Origin: Gammaproteobacteria bacterium
GTDB taxonomy: Bacteria; Pseudomonadota; Gammaproteobacteria; UBA6429; Thiohalophilaceae
Assembly: GCA_024275115.1 (NCBI GenBank)
Contig: JAJRZT010000065.1
Location: 4,955 to 68,954, forward strand
Length of the DNA stretch: 64,000 nt
Reading direction: 5' to 3'
Every line of letters begins with the position of its first letter. Positions within the stretch are counted from its first letter, which is position 1. Position numbers and translations under genes: made by a program. This document shows, piece by piece, positions 8,334 to 17,986 of the stretch. Under the pieces are notes generated by a model, which saw only the letters and a program-made list of their open reading frames with translations, was not told the DNA's origin and did not search any database.

Positions 8334-9750
8334 TACCGACATACTCATCGCTGGTGGCGGCATCTCCGGTTTGACGCTGGCCTGGTGGCTGGCACAAAGT
8401 GGTTACCGGGTAGAAGTATGGGAAGCCGACACTCGTGTCGGCGGCAAAATCCAGAGTACGCAGCAAGACGGTTACCTGATGGAACAGGCCGCCTCGTTAT
8501 TAATGAATTTCCGTCCGGAAGTCTCGGGGCTCATTCATCACACCGGACTGGAATCCAAAAAAACCTGTCGCAATAAACAAGCCGGTGCTCACCGTTACCT
8601 GTTACATCAGGGACAGCTCACCGCCCTGCCCATGCGTATGGGCGGCCTGCTGCGTTCACCACTGTGGAGTCTGCGGGGCAAGCTGCGCCTGCTGGCAGAA
8701 CCCTTTATGCCAGTGGGCACAGACCCCGATGAGTCTGTCAGTCAATTTATTCAACGGCGTCTAGGGCGTGAAATGCTGGAAAAGGCGATGGATCCCTTTG
8801 TCGCAGGCACCCTGGCAGCAGATCCGGATCTCGCCAGCGCCGCCGCCACCCTGCCACGACTCACGGTTCTGGAAAAACGTTATGGCAGTATCACCGCCGG
8901 CATCATCGCCCACCGGCTATTACGCAAGCGCAGTGCCTGTCTCACCGATACCTTTTCATTCGAGGGCGGCATGTCTACCCTGATCGAAACCCTCGCAAAC
9001 ACCCCCGGTGTGCAGGTGCGCACTGGCTATAAGCTGCGAGAACTGGTACGCAGCCCAAAGGGCTGGCAAGCCCGGGCGGAAACCCCTCACGGCGAATATC
9101 AACTGAATACAAAGAAAACCGTGCTGGCAACACCGGCACCGGTGGCTGCACAATTATTAGATAACCTCGACACAGAGTTGGCGGAGCTACTGCGCGGTAT
9201 CCGCTATGCGCCGCTGGCGGTAGTACATATCGGCATGCAGCGCAAACACATAACACATCCACTGGATGGCACCGGCTTTCTCACACCACGCAGTGCCGGG
9301 CTGCCTATTAATGGCAATCTATGGATGAGCAGCCTGTTCAATGGGCGCGCACCACAGGGCAAGGTGTTGATGACGACTTATCTGGGGGGGGCGCGCCGCC
9401 CCGAATTGCTTGAATATGATGATAACCACCTCTTGAATCAGACCTTACAATCCCTGCAACCCCTGCTGGGCTTGCAAAGTGACCCTGAAATGGTGCAGAT
9501 TCAACGTCATACCCAAGGGCTTCCAGTGTATCATGGTGCTTATCAGGCTCGACTGCAGGCTATCGAGGAAAAAATGCATTGTTTACCGAATCTCTATTTA
9601 GAGGCCAATTATCAAGGTGGTGTATCAGTACGCGACCGCATTGCTCGCAGCTACCTGCTGGCACAACGCATCACCGCGGAGCTACCTATCACGAGAACCT
9701 ATGACAAAAAGGACAATTATGCACCCACCCTCGCCACCGACAGCAGATGA
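8326..9750 (+). CDS. hemY: Protoporphyrinogen/coproporphyrinogen oxidase (HemY family, FAD)
   Basis: Start moved to ATG 8326, overlapping the upstream stop; IAGGGISGL dinucleotide motif, RVGGKIQS, RRLGRE, FSFEGGM..L, GTGFL, NY.GGVSV.D. Confidence 0.85.
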   Translation: MDDTDILIAGGGISGLTLAWWLAQSGYRVEVWEADTRVGGKIQSTQQDGYLMEQAASLLMNFRPEVSGLIHHTGLESKKTCRNKQAGAHRYLLHQGQLTALPMRMGGLLRSPLWSLRGKLRLLAEPFMPVGTDPDESVSQFIQRRLGREMLEKAMDPFVAGTLAADPDLASAAATLPRLTVLEKRYGSITAGIIAHRLLRKRSACLTDTFSFEGGMSTLIETLANTPGVQVRTGYKLRELVRSPKGWQARAETPHGEYQLNTKKTVLATPAPVAAQLLDNLDTELAELLRGIRYAPLAVVHIGMQRKHITHPLDGTGFLTPRSAGLPINGNLWMSSLFNGRAPQGKVLMTTYLGGARRPELLEYDDNHLLNQTLQSLQPLLGLQSDPEMVQIQRHTQGLPVYHGAYQARLQAIEEKMHCLPNLYLEANYQGGVSVRDRIARSYLLAQRITAELPITRTYDKKDNYAPTLATDSR

Positions 9751-9754
9751 GCGG

Positions 9755-10108
9755 GTGGATGAGAGATCTGTCCCGCATGCCAGCACTGCTGATCCCAAGC
9801 CTGACAAACCGAAAGGATTTCGTCCCTGGCCTTTGATCCTTGCAGTCACTACCGCCTTATTGCTGGTACCCCTATGGAGCAACTGGTATGCCGATCAAGT
9901 ATCCCTGCCGCGTTACTGCAAGAATCCCGAACTTAGCCTGCAACAACTGGAGCAAGTGTTACGGGAAAAACAGCCGGCTGGTGACGGCGCACGTAAACCT
10001 TACATCATTGTTGCCAAATTGTTGTTTCTGATACCTCAGAACGGTAATGAGTCCATCCCCGCCTATCTATCAAGAGTACGCGGAATACTACGTACGCAGT
10101 GTCAATGA
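9755..10108 (+). CDS. Small membrane-anchored hypothetical protein
   Basis: ORF track 9617..10108; in-frame GTG at 9755 avoids overlap with hemY. One TM then WYADQVSLPRYC; stop overlaps the kinase start (ATGA). Confidence 0.6.
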   Translation: MDERSVPHASTADPKPDKPKGFRPWPLILAVTTALLLVPLWSNWYADQVSLPRYCKNPELSLQQLEQVLREKQPAGDGARKPYIIVAKLLFLIPQNGNESIPAYLSRVRGILRTQCQ

Positions 10109-12684
10109 ATCTGGTTATCCCAAAACATCAGGAGCTCCGCCGCAACTTTCTGAAACATCTGCTATCGATGCTATTGCTGGCAGCCCTGGTATTGGCTATC
10201 GGAATCTGGGCGCATTATAAGAGCAATGCAAGACTGGAGACCCACACTCGCGATCAGGCGGAAGTCCAAAACGTGGGACTGGCCTGGCAAACCCTGTCCA
10301 CCAGCATGCAATTAGTGTTTGGTGACCTGTTATTCCTTTCACAATTAAACGAATTGAATAATATGCTGGATCGTGCGGATCGACCCTGGCGCAGGGCACT
10401 CAGCGATGAATTGATAAACTTCAGCCGCGCACGCGACCTTTATGCTCAAATCCGCTTCATCGATGCGACCGGCCAGGAAATTGTGCGTGTTAACCACAAC
10501 AACGGCAAGCCGTTTTCCGAGTTAGACATAAACTTGCAGTCCAAGGTGGCGCGTTACTACTTCGGCCAGACCATGGCACTGAAACCCGGCAAAATCTTTG
10601 TATCCCCCTTTGACCTGAATCAGGAAAAGAGCCGTCTGGAACATCCCCTCAAACCCGTCATTCGCGTCGCCACCCCGCTGGTGGACGAACAAGGGCAAAA
10701 GGCCGGCATCCTGATTTTGAATATCCTTGGAGAAAAGTTGGTTCGCGGTTTCAGGGATGCTGCGGTCAACATCGCCGACCAGATTATGTTGGTCAACGCC
10801 GATGGCGACTGGTTAAGCAGTAAAAACCGTGAAGACGAGTGGGGTTTTATTCTGGGGCATGAACGCTCCTTCGCTACCCGTTTTCCGGAAGTCTGGCAAA
10901 ACATTAAAGACCGAGATCAGGGGCAGCTACATCATCAACAGGGTCTGTTTACCTTTGCCACCCTGTTTCCCGACAAGCCAACCGCAAAGAACCGGCAAAG
11001 CACACCACATATTCCTGATAGCATCGGCCAGAAAGCATACGGGCAGCGCAACTGGAAAATTATCGCTCACATTACTCCCCAGGTATTGCACATCGGTCCA
11101 CAGGGCTTTCTGCGCAATAATGCCCTGCTGTATACTGTTATAAGTTTACTGCTTGTTTTACTGGCGCTAGTAGTAGCCTGGGGTCAGGCTCGTCATCAGA
11201 TCATCCTTGCGCAACGCGATTATGAACGGCTTTTCCGTGACACCATGGAAAATGTGGATCTGGCGGTCGTGACCCTGGTTCCTGATGGAAAAATCATCTA
11301 TTGCAACGACTTCTTTTTAAACCAGACCGCCTACAAGAAACACGAGGTATTAGGTAAAGACTGGTTTGATACCTACATATCATCGGAAGACCGCAGCCAG
11401 GAACGAAAATACTTCGCTGGCATCCTGACTAAACCTGAAACCCCGGGGCGTCATAATAACCAGCTCATGACTCAACTCGGAAAGCGACGCCGGTTTCACT
11501 GGAATTACAGTGTCTCTTTAGAACACGATGGGCAGGTTCACAGTGTTACCGCCATCGGCGAAGACACAACGGAGCACCACCATACAAAGGTGGAATTGAA
11601 CAAGCTGATTAATGCCGTGGAACAAAGCCCCAATACCGTGCTGATCACCGATACTCAAGGCCTGATTGAATATGTAAATCCCAACTTCACCAACCTCACC
11701 GGTTACACAAAAGAAGAAGTCATTGGCAAAAGCCCCAGCATTTTGAAAACCGGAGAAACACCGCCTGAGGTCTATAAGGAGTTGTGGAGTACTATCTCCA
11801 ATGGCGGCGAATGGCGTGGCGAGTTTCATAATCGTAAGAAAAACGGTGAACTGTACTGGGAATTCACCATTATTTCGCCGATTGTTGACAGCAAAGGCAA
11901 CATCACAAATTTTCTTGCCGTCAAGGAAGATGTCACGGAACGCAAACGCCTACAACAGGAAGTGGAGGATCGTAACAAGGAATTGATACGTACCCAATCA
12001 CTTACGGTTATCGGCCGCATGGCCAGCATGATAGCCCATGATCTACGCAACCCTTTATCTTCGGTAAAAATGAGCCTGCAAATCCTGGGTAAGCAGAACC
12101 AGAAAAAAGAGGAGTCCGAGGAACTCAAAGACATTGCTCTGGCGCAGGTGCACTACATGGAAGAGATCCTGGAGGACATGTTGCAGTACTCACGCCCCGA
12201 TGCCTTAAAGCCGGAATGGCTGGATATCAACAAGCTACTGGATATGGCGGTGGCCCTGACGGGCAAGGCCATCAATGAGCGCAATGCCAAAATAACCACA
12301 AACTACGCCGCCCAATTACCCACTCTGCACGGTGACCCCAACAAGTTGCGCCAGGTCTTCAGCAACCTGATCATGAATGCCTTACAGGCCATGGACAATA
12401 CCGGCATCCTGCCGGAAGTCGATATTCAAACCAGCCTTGAGTTATACGACAACGAGCCCCGCGTGCGCGTTGAAATCTGCGATAACGGGCCTGGCATTAA
12501 CGGTACGGAAGCGGACAAGCTGTTTGAACCATTCTTCACCACCCGCACGAAAGGCACTGGACTGGGCCTGGCCATTGTTAAACGACTGCTGGAGCAACAT
12601 CACGGTGCCGTCCAGCTGCTACCTGGTGAAAAAGGCGGCATACGTGCCGTAGTTATTCTCCCCACGAGTCAGTTAAAGGTATGA
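10105..12684 (+). CDS. Sensor histidine kinase (periplasmic Cache-like domain, 2 PAS, HisKA, HATPase)
   Basis: Two TMs flanking a YAQIRFID..G.E..RV / SPFDLN.E domain; PAS motifs; IAHDLRNPL H-box; N, G1, F and G2 boxes. Confidence 0.9.
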   Translation: MNLVIPKHQELRRNFLKHLLSMLLLAALVLAIGIWAHYKSNARLETHTRDQAEVQNVGLAWQTLSTSMQLVFGDLLFLSQLNELNNMLDRADRPWRRALSDELINFSRARDLYAQIRFIDATGQEIVRVNHNNGKPFSELDINLQSKVARYYFGQTMALKPGKIFVSPFDLNQEKSRLEHPLKPVIRVATPLVDEQGQKAGILILNILGEKLVRGFRDAAVNIADQIMLVNADGDWLSSKNREDEWGFILGHERSFATRFPEVWQNIKDRDQGQLHHQQGLFTFATLFPDKPTAKNRQSTPHIPDSIGQKAYGQRNWKIIAHITPQVLHIGPQGFLRNNALLYTVISLLLVLLALVVAWGQARHQIILAQRDYERLFRDTMENVDLAVVTLVPDGKIIYCNDFFLNQTAYKKHEVLGKDWFDTYISSEDRSQERKYFAGILTKPETPGRHNNQLMTQLGKRRRFHWNYSVSLEHDGQVHSVTAIGEDTTEHHHTKVELNKLINAVEQSPNTVLITDTQGLIEYVNPNFTNLTGYTKEEVIGKSPSILKTGETPPEVYKELWSTISNGGEWRGEFHNRKKNGELYWEFTIISPIVDSKGNITNFLAVKEDVTERKRLQQEVEDRNKELIRTQSLTVIGRMASMIAHDLRNPLSSVKMSLQILGKQNQKKEESEELKDIALAQVHYMEEILEDMLQYSRPDALKPEWLDINKLLDMAVALTGKAINERNAKITTNYAAQLPTLHGDPNKLRQVFSNLIMNALQAMDNTGILPEVDIQTSLELYDNEPRVRVEICDNGPGINGTEADKLFEPFFTTRTKGTGLGLAIVKRLLEQHHGAVQLLPGEKGGIRAVVILPTSQLKV

Positions 12685-14123
12685 TACGCACTATGGAAAA
12701 TAAATCTTTAAACACCACCGGCAACACTGCATCTGCCGGGAAACGTGACCGTATCCTGATCGTGGATGATGACGTAGCCATCTGCCGCACCCTGCAGCTG
12801 CACTTGCAGGGACAAGGTTATCTAATTGCCACGGCACACAGTATCGATGAAGGCATGCAGGCTGCCAATACACAGACACCAGATATGATCATCCTGGATA
12901 TCCGCATGCCAGGCACCTCCGGTCTCGAAGGCCTGCCCGAATTCAAAAAGATTTTTCCCAATACCCATGTGATTATAATCACCGCCTTCCAAGACATGGA
13001 GAGCACCATTCAAGCTATGCAACGAGGTGCGGAAGACTATATCCACAAGCCCATCGACATCGACGAGCTGGACCGTGTTATGAAACGCATCCTGACCAAT
13101 AATGCTGAATGCCAAATCATCGATACCGATATTCGCGCACCGGCAGCAGGCTCGGTAAGCATGGTGGGACGCAGTTGGGCCATGAAGGAGGTATTCAAGA
13201 ACATCGGCCTGGTGGCGGCTAGCCCGGTCACGGTATTGATCACTGGCGACAGCGGCACGGGCAAAGAGCTGGTCGCGCAGGCCATCCACCGTTCCGGCAG
13301 TAATCCGGACGCCCCCTTCGTCGCAATCAATTGTGCGGCTCTGGTGGAGACCCTGTTGGAATCCGATATGTTTGGCCATGAAAAAGGCGCCTTTACCGGT
13401 GCCACCAGCCAACAACAAGGCAAATTTGCCCTAGCAGAAAACGGCACGATCTTTTTGGATGAAATAGGTGAATTGTCGCCCACCATGCAAGCAAAACTGT
13501 TACGTGTGCTACAGGAGAAGGAATACACTCCCCTGGGAGCCAAGCAGCCCCGACATACTAATGCCCGAGTTATCGCCGCCACTAATGTGGATCTCAACGA
13601 GAAGGTGCAGAGCGGCGGGTTCCGTGGAGACCTGCTCTACCGTTTACAAGTGGTCACCTTGCATCTACCACCCTTGCGTGAACGCAAGGAAGATATCACT
13701 GCGCTCATCCCTGCACTACTGGCACGTATCAATCGCGATTTGCATAAAAATATCTGTCAGGTTTCCCAGGAAGTACTGGATGGGCTTCAAAGCTATGACT
13801 GGCCAGGCAATGTACGTGAACTGGAAAACAGCCTGGCCAAGGCCGTAGCCTTGTGTTCAGGCACGATTCTCACACCGGATCTGTTTGGCAATATCTGCGG
13901 TGAATCCGCAGTAACTGAAAAACCCCTGGAAGAAACGAGCCTGCAGGAAATTGAAAAGATCCATGTACTACGTGTATTGGAAGCACAAGGATGGCACAAG
14001 GGCAAAACCTGCGAGATCCTTGGCATATCCCGGCCACGCCTGCGCCGGCTGCTCAATCAATATGGGTTGCCCTCATCAGACGGCGTGATGCCGGATGATG
14101 ACATTGATTCGGACGATACATGA
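12681..14123 (+). CDS. Sigma54-dependent response regulator (NtrC family: REC-AAA+-Fis HTH)
   Basis: ILIVDDD...LDIRMPG receiver; GDSGTGKE; GAFTGA loop; WPGNVRELEN; C-terminal HTH. Confidence 0.95.
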   Translation: MIRTMENKSLNTTGNTASAGKRDRILIVDDDVAICRTLQLHLQGQGYLIATAHSIDEGMQAANTQTPDMIILDIRMPGTSGLEGLPEFKKIFPNTHVIIITAFQDMESTIQAMQRGAEDYIHKPIDIDELDRVMKRILTNNAECQIIDTDIRAPAAGSVSMVGRSWAMKEVFKNIGLVAASPVTVLITGDSGTGKELVAQAIHRSGSNPDAPFVAINCAALVETLLESDMFGHEKGAFTGATSQQQGKFALAENGTIFLDEIGELSPTMQAKLLRVLQEKEYTPLGAKQPRHTNARVIAATNVDLNEKVQSGGFRGDLLYRLQVVTLHLPPLRERKEDITALIPALLARINRDLHKNICQVSQEVLDGLQSYDWPGNVRELENSLAKAVALCSGTILTPDLFGNICGESAVTEKPLEETSLQEIEKIHVLRVLEAQGWHKGKTCEILGISRPRLRRLLNQYGLPSSDGVMPDDDIDSDDT

Positions 14124-14360
14124 TAAACCCCGCCAGAGTTCCATCTCGCCTCCTGGTAAGAAATGCGGGCTAAGTCTGACTACCCAGGTCGCAGATGCCA
14201 AGAAACAATAGCTTATTGAGAGTATTAACCTTTAGCGGGCCGCACGTTACACATAACCAATAATTTAGCAGAACGATGCATAACTGATCTCGGCAAAAGT
14301 CCTGCCATAATATATTGTTTAGATACTACATAACCTCAGAGCTGCATAAGTACTTTAAAT

Positions 14361-14394
14361 AAAAAGCCGAAGCAGCTTTCACTGCTTCGGCTTT
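14361..14394 (-). terminator. Rho-independent terminator of sat
   Basis: AAAGCCGAAGCAG-ctttca-CTGCTTCGGCTTT stem-loop with a T-tract on the minus strand, ~25 bp after the sat stop. Confidence 0.85.
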
Positions 14395-14419
14395 CGTAGG
14401 TATGAGCTAAAAACTAAAC

Positions 14420-15604
14420 TTAAAGCGTCTGGTAATAATCAATCAAGATTTTAGCCACTTCTGGGCGTGAGAATTCTTTAGGTGGCGCTTCGCCGTTGCC
14501 TAACATTTCACGTACTTTAGTTCCTGACAAAAGAACAAAGTCATCTTTTTCATGATCAGGTGCTTCACGCATCATCACCACTTTATTCAGTTTCTTCGAC
14601 CAGGCGGTGTGATCTGCCATGAACATTTCAATGTCCATTGCACCCTTAGGCACTTCGTCTTCGAAAATAGTTTGTGCATCAAAGGCACCGTAGTAATCGC
14701 CCACACCGGCGTGGTCACGACCAATGATAAAGTGCGTTGCACCCATATTTTGACGGAAGTAAGCATGTAACACCGCTTCACGTGGACCAGCATAAAGCAT
14801 ATCGAAACCGTAACCCGTTACCATTGCGCTGTTTGCAGGGAAATAAACTTCTACCATTTTACGAATAGCAGCGTCACGAACAGGAGCAGGGATGTCACCT
14901 TTTTTCAATTTACCCAACAACATGTGAATAACCAGGCCATCACAACCTAAACGATCCATTGCCATGTGGCAAAGTTCTTCATGTGCAAGGTGCATTGGAT
15001 TACGCGTTTGGAAAGCAACAACTTTTTTCCAGCCATGCTCAGAAATTTCATTACGAATCTCAACAGCGGTACGGAAAGTATCTGGGAATTCAGTTTGGAA
15101 GTAGCTAAAATTTAAGACCTGAATCGGGCCGGAAACAGCCGTTTGACCCTGACCATTAAATGCAGCAACACCTGGGTGTTCCATATCATCCGTACGATAA
15201 ACTTTATCGGTCATCGTTTTCATTTGCGCGTCCGTTACTTGCTCAATGGCTTCAACATCCATAACAGCAATAACAGGGTTACCGTCCACATTCGGGTCAC
15301 GCAACGCAATACGTTTTGCATCACCAATGGCATCGGCATTTTCTAATAAGCACATTACTGGAACGGGGAAGAATGAACCGTCGGTAAGGGTCATTTTTTC
15401 TGCGGCACCCATTGCATCAGCAACGCTCATAAAACCTTTTAACGGGCTAAAATAACCACCAGCCATCATTACTGCATTACCGGCAGCTTGTGAACTGATC
15501 ACGACAGAAGGTAGAGACTTCGCTTCTTTGCTCAGCTTGTCATGTTCGGCAACGTCATAGACGAAGCGCGGTTGTAATTCATCGGAACCTATTGGTTTAA
15601 TCAT
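14420..15604 (-). CDS. sat: Sulfate adenylyltransferase (ATP sulfurylase), dissimilatory type
   Basis: AFQTRNPMHLAH, GRDHAGVG, LSGTKVR..L motifs; start set at MIKPIG (ATG 15604). Confidence 0.95.
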   Translation of the reverse strand: MIKPIGSDELQPRFVYDVAEHDKLSKEAKSLPSVVISSQAAGNAVMMAGGYFSPLKGFMSVADAMGAAEKMTLTDGSFFPVPVMCLLENADAIGDAKRIALRDPNVDGNPVIAVMDVEAIEQVTDAQMKTMTDKVYRTDDMEHPGVAAFNGQGQTAVSGPIQVLNFSYFQTEFPDTFRTAVEIRNEISEHGWKKVVAFQTRNPMHLAHEELCHMAMDRLGCDGLVIHMLLGKLKKGDIPAPVRDAAIRKMVEVYFPANSAMVTGYGFDMLYAGPREAVLHAYFRQNMGATHFIIGRDHAGVGDYYGAFDAQTIFEDEVPKGAMDIEMFMADHTAWSKKLNKVVMMREAPDHEKDDFVLLSGTKVREMLGNGEAPPKEFSRPEVAKILIDYYQTL

Positions 15605-15813
15605 CCTGTGTATCCTCATTGTTGGTTATGGCCTCGCCGTTGACTGCAAGAAGCGAGCGACACATTTCGTCATTTTAAAATCTGTAAATACTGGAATGGT
15701 TCTACGAACCTGCTCCAGTACCCATAAAAAAGTACGCCAACTATACAGCACTCTATACTCAGGTGAATATTAAGGTAATTTATAAGGCCATAGATGCGCT
15801 AAGCTATTGAAAT

Positions 15814-16698
15814 TTAAAGGTGTATAAATTCGGCTAATTGGCGAAATTCGTCCGAACGGGCACTGCCCTTGCGCCAGACCAGCCCAATCTCGCGATAACT
15901 GTTTTCCTGTAATGGCGTGAGCCTGATTTTTGTGCCGCGCAACAAGGCCGAGCCGACCGCCATTTCAGGTAAAAAGGTAATCCCTAAATCACTTTCGACC
16001 ATCTGCACTAACGTGAATAAGCTGGTTGCACTAAAGCGGCTTATTTTTTCCGGTTTGCGTAATTTACACGCGGCTAAGGCATGATCACGTAAACAATGCC
16101 CTTCTTCGAGCAATAAAATACTCTCACTATCGAGTTGACCAAATTTATAATTGTCGGGATCAACGAAATGGCTTTTAATACGACTTGCCAGCATAAACTT
16201 GTCTTTGAATAAACAAAGCTGCTCGGTGTTTTTAAGCTCATAAGGCAAAGCCAGCAATAAAATATCCAGTTCACCACTCATTAATTGATGATAAATTTTC
16301 TCCGACTGATCTTCTTTAAAATACAGCTCTAAATGGGGAAATTGTTCGCGGATCGCGGGTAAAACTTTAGGCAATAAAAAGGGCGCAATAGTTGGAATAA
16401 CCCCCATTTTTAACATTCCTGTTAAAGGTGACTGATAGTCCTGAGCAATTTCAAGCAAACCTTCTGCATCGCGTAAGCACCGTTGCGCCTGCTGAATAAT
16501 ACGCTGGCCAATGGCAGTGATGGTGACACTTTTATTGGTTCTGTCCACCAGCTGCACATTGAGCAGGGTTTCCAGCTCTTTTATTGCGACACTGAATGCC
16601 GGTTGTGAAACAAAACAGGCTTTGGCCGCTTTACCAAAATGCGCCGTTTCATTCAGTGCAACTAAATAGCGTAGCTGCTTTAGCGTTGGCAAATGCAT
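15814..16698 (-). CDS. oxyR: Hydrogen-peroxide-sensing LysR regulator OxyR
   Basis: LysR HTH; LEEGHCLRDHALAAC with both redox cysteines; divergent from a peroxiredoxin gene. Confidence 0.9.
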   Translation of the reverse strand: MHLPTLKQLRYLVALNETAHFGKAAKACFVSQPAFSVAIKELETLLNVQLVDRTNKSVTITAIGQRIIQQAQRCLRDAEGLLEIAQDYQSPLTGMLKMGVIPTIAPFLLPKVLPAIREQFPHLELYFKEDQSEKIYHQLMSGELDILLLALPYELKNTEQLCLFKDKFMLASRIKSHFVDPDNYKFGQLDSESILLLEEGHCLRDHALAACKLRKPEKISRFSATSLFTLVQMVESDLGITFLPEMAVGSALLRGTKIRLTPLQENSYREIGLVWRKGSARSDEFRQLAEFIHL

Positions 16699-16727
16699 AT
16701 TAACAGCCTCGAATTATCGCACTTATA

Positions 16728-16775
16728 CTCATAACTTAAATATATCAATATAATAGATTTAATCAAATATATTTA
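16728..16775. promoter_or_regulatory. Probable OxyR operator in the oxyR/prx divergent region
   Basis: AT-rich ATAA..TAT..ATAG..AAT array (ataacttaaatatatcaatataatagatttaatcaaat) resembling the ATAG-N7-CTAT repeat. Confidence 0.4.
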
Positions 16776-16854
16776 TCATTCATTCCCCTTTAAAATGCTT
16801 TCCATCAGTCAGCAACACGACTTAAAAAATTTAATCTAATACGAGGTATTTAAT

Positions 16855-17586
16855 ATGTTAAGCAATAAAGAAGGTCAGGCCATTCCCAATGTCACATTCC
16901 ATACCCGCGATAACGACGAATGGAAAGATGTTACAACCGATGAACTATTCGCCAATAAAACCGTGGCAGTTTTCAGCTTACCCGGTGCATTTACACCCAC
17001 TTGCTCGTCCAGCCATTTGCCACGCTACAATGAACTTGCAAAAAGCTTTGCCGACAATGGCGTTGACGATATTATTTGTGTCTCGGTCAACGATACATTC
17101 GTAATGAATGCCTGGAAACAGGATCAGGCCGCCGAAAACATTACCATTATCCCCGATGGCAATGGCGAGTTCACCGAAGGCATGGATATGCTGGTTGATA
17201 AAAACGACCTTGGTTTTGGCAAACGTTCATGGCGCTATTCAATGCTGGTTAAAAATGGCGTGATTGAGAAAATGTTTATCGAAGAAAATGTACCCGGTGA
17301 CCCTTTTGAAGTGTCCGATGCCGACACCATGCTCGACTATATTAATCCTCAAGCTAAACGGCCTGATACAGTCAGCCTGTTCACTAAAAAGGACTGCCCG
17401 CATTGTGCGCGCGCGAAACAGTTACTGGATGAAAAAGGTTTAGGTTACGAAGTGATTGAACTCAATAAGAATGTCACTGAAAAAAGTCTAAATACCATTA
17501 CTGGCGCAGATACCGTTCCACAAATCTACATTAATGGTCAGCATGTCGGCAATGCCGATGCACTTGAAAAATACTTTAATACATAA
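16855..17586 (+). CDS. Hybrid peroxiredoxin (Prx5)-glutaredoxin
   Basis: [14 protein letters not shown] peroxidatic motif; C-terminal Grx domain with CPHC and TVPQ. Confidence 0.92.
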   Translation: MLSNKEGQAIPNVTFHTRDNDEWKDVTTDELFANKTVAVFSLPGAFTPTCSSSHLPRYNELAKSFADNGVDDIICVSVNDTFVMNAWKQDQAAENITIIPDGNGEFTEGMDMLVDKNDLGFGKRSWRYSMLVKNGVIEKMFIEENVPGDPFEVSDADTMLDYINPQAKRPDTVSLFTKKDCPHCARAKQLLDEKGLGYEVIELNKNVTEKSLNTITGADTVPQIYINGQHVGNADALEKYFNT

Positions 17587-17610
17587 GTATTTTTCACCCG
17601 CGCGGTATAA

Positions 17611-17647
17611 TGCAAAGTTGCCCGGACGCTATCCGGGCAACTCTGCA
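17611..17647. terminator. Stem-loop between convergent genes (probable terminator)
   Basis: TGCAAAGTTGCCCGGA-cgcta-TCCGGGCAACTCTGCA. Confidence 0.6.
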
Positions 17648-17677
17648 ATTAACAACATCCACAAATAGCGACTTTCG

Positions 17678-17986
17678 CTACAAATGCCCATTTTTCTCCA
17701 CAGCGGTAACCCAATAAATACATCGCCCCGCGAGACCCTGAGTTTTGCTGCGTATAGTGTCAAGCACCATATCGACATCACCATCTTCAAGCATAATGTC
17801 CACTCGTACCCGTGGCGTGTAACCCACCACTTTATCTCTTGCCGAAAGAAAAGGATCATTTTCGACCTGCACACCATGCCCTTCCACCTTACAAAAGGTA
17901 AACCCAGAAACCTGTTCCAGACTACGTAACTGATCAGCCAGCGCCTGCTGCACGTTAGAGTGAATAATAAGGATTAAATGCTTCAT
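17678..17986 (-). CDS. P-II-like small protein (DUF3240 type) associated with RND efflux
   Basis: 102 aa, GFT...VEGHG...DKVVG..P pattern; start overlaps the RND stop. Confidence 0.75.
   Translation of the reverse strand: MKHLILIIHSNVQQALADQLRSLEQVSGFTFCKVEGHGVQVENDPFLSARDKVVGYTPRVRVDIMLEDGDVDMVLDTIRSKTQGLAGRCIYWVTAVEKNGHL

Noticed and set aside
14124..14360. Integration site (tRNA/att) at the island edge
   Set aside because: No tRNA-like cloverleaf, integrase fragment or recognisable direct repeat was seen.
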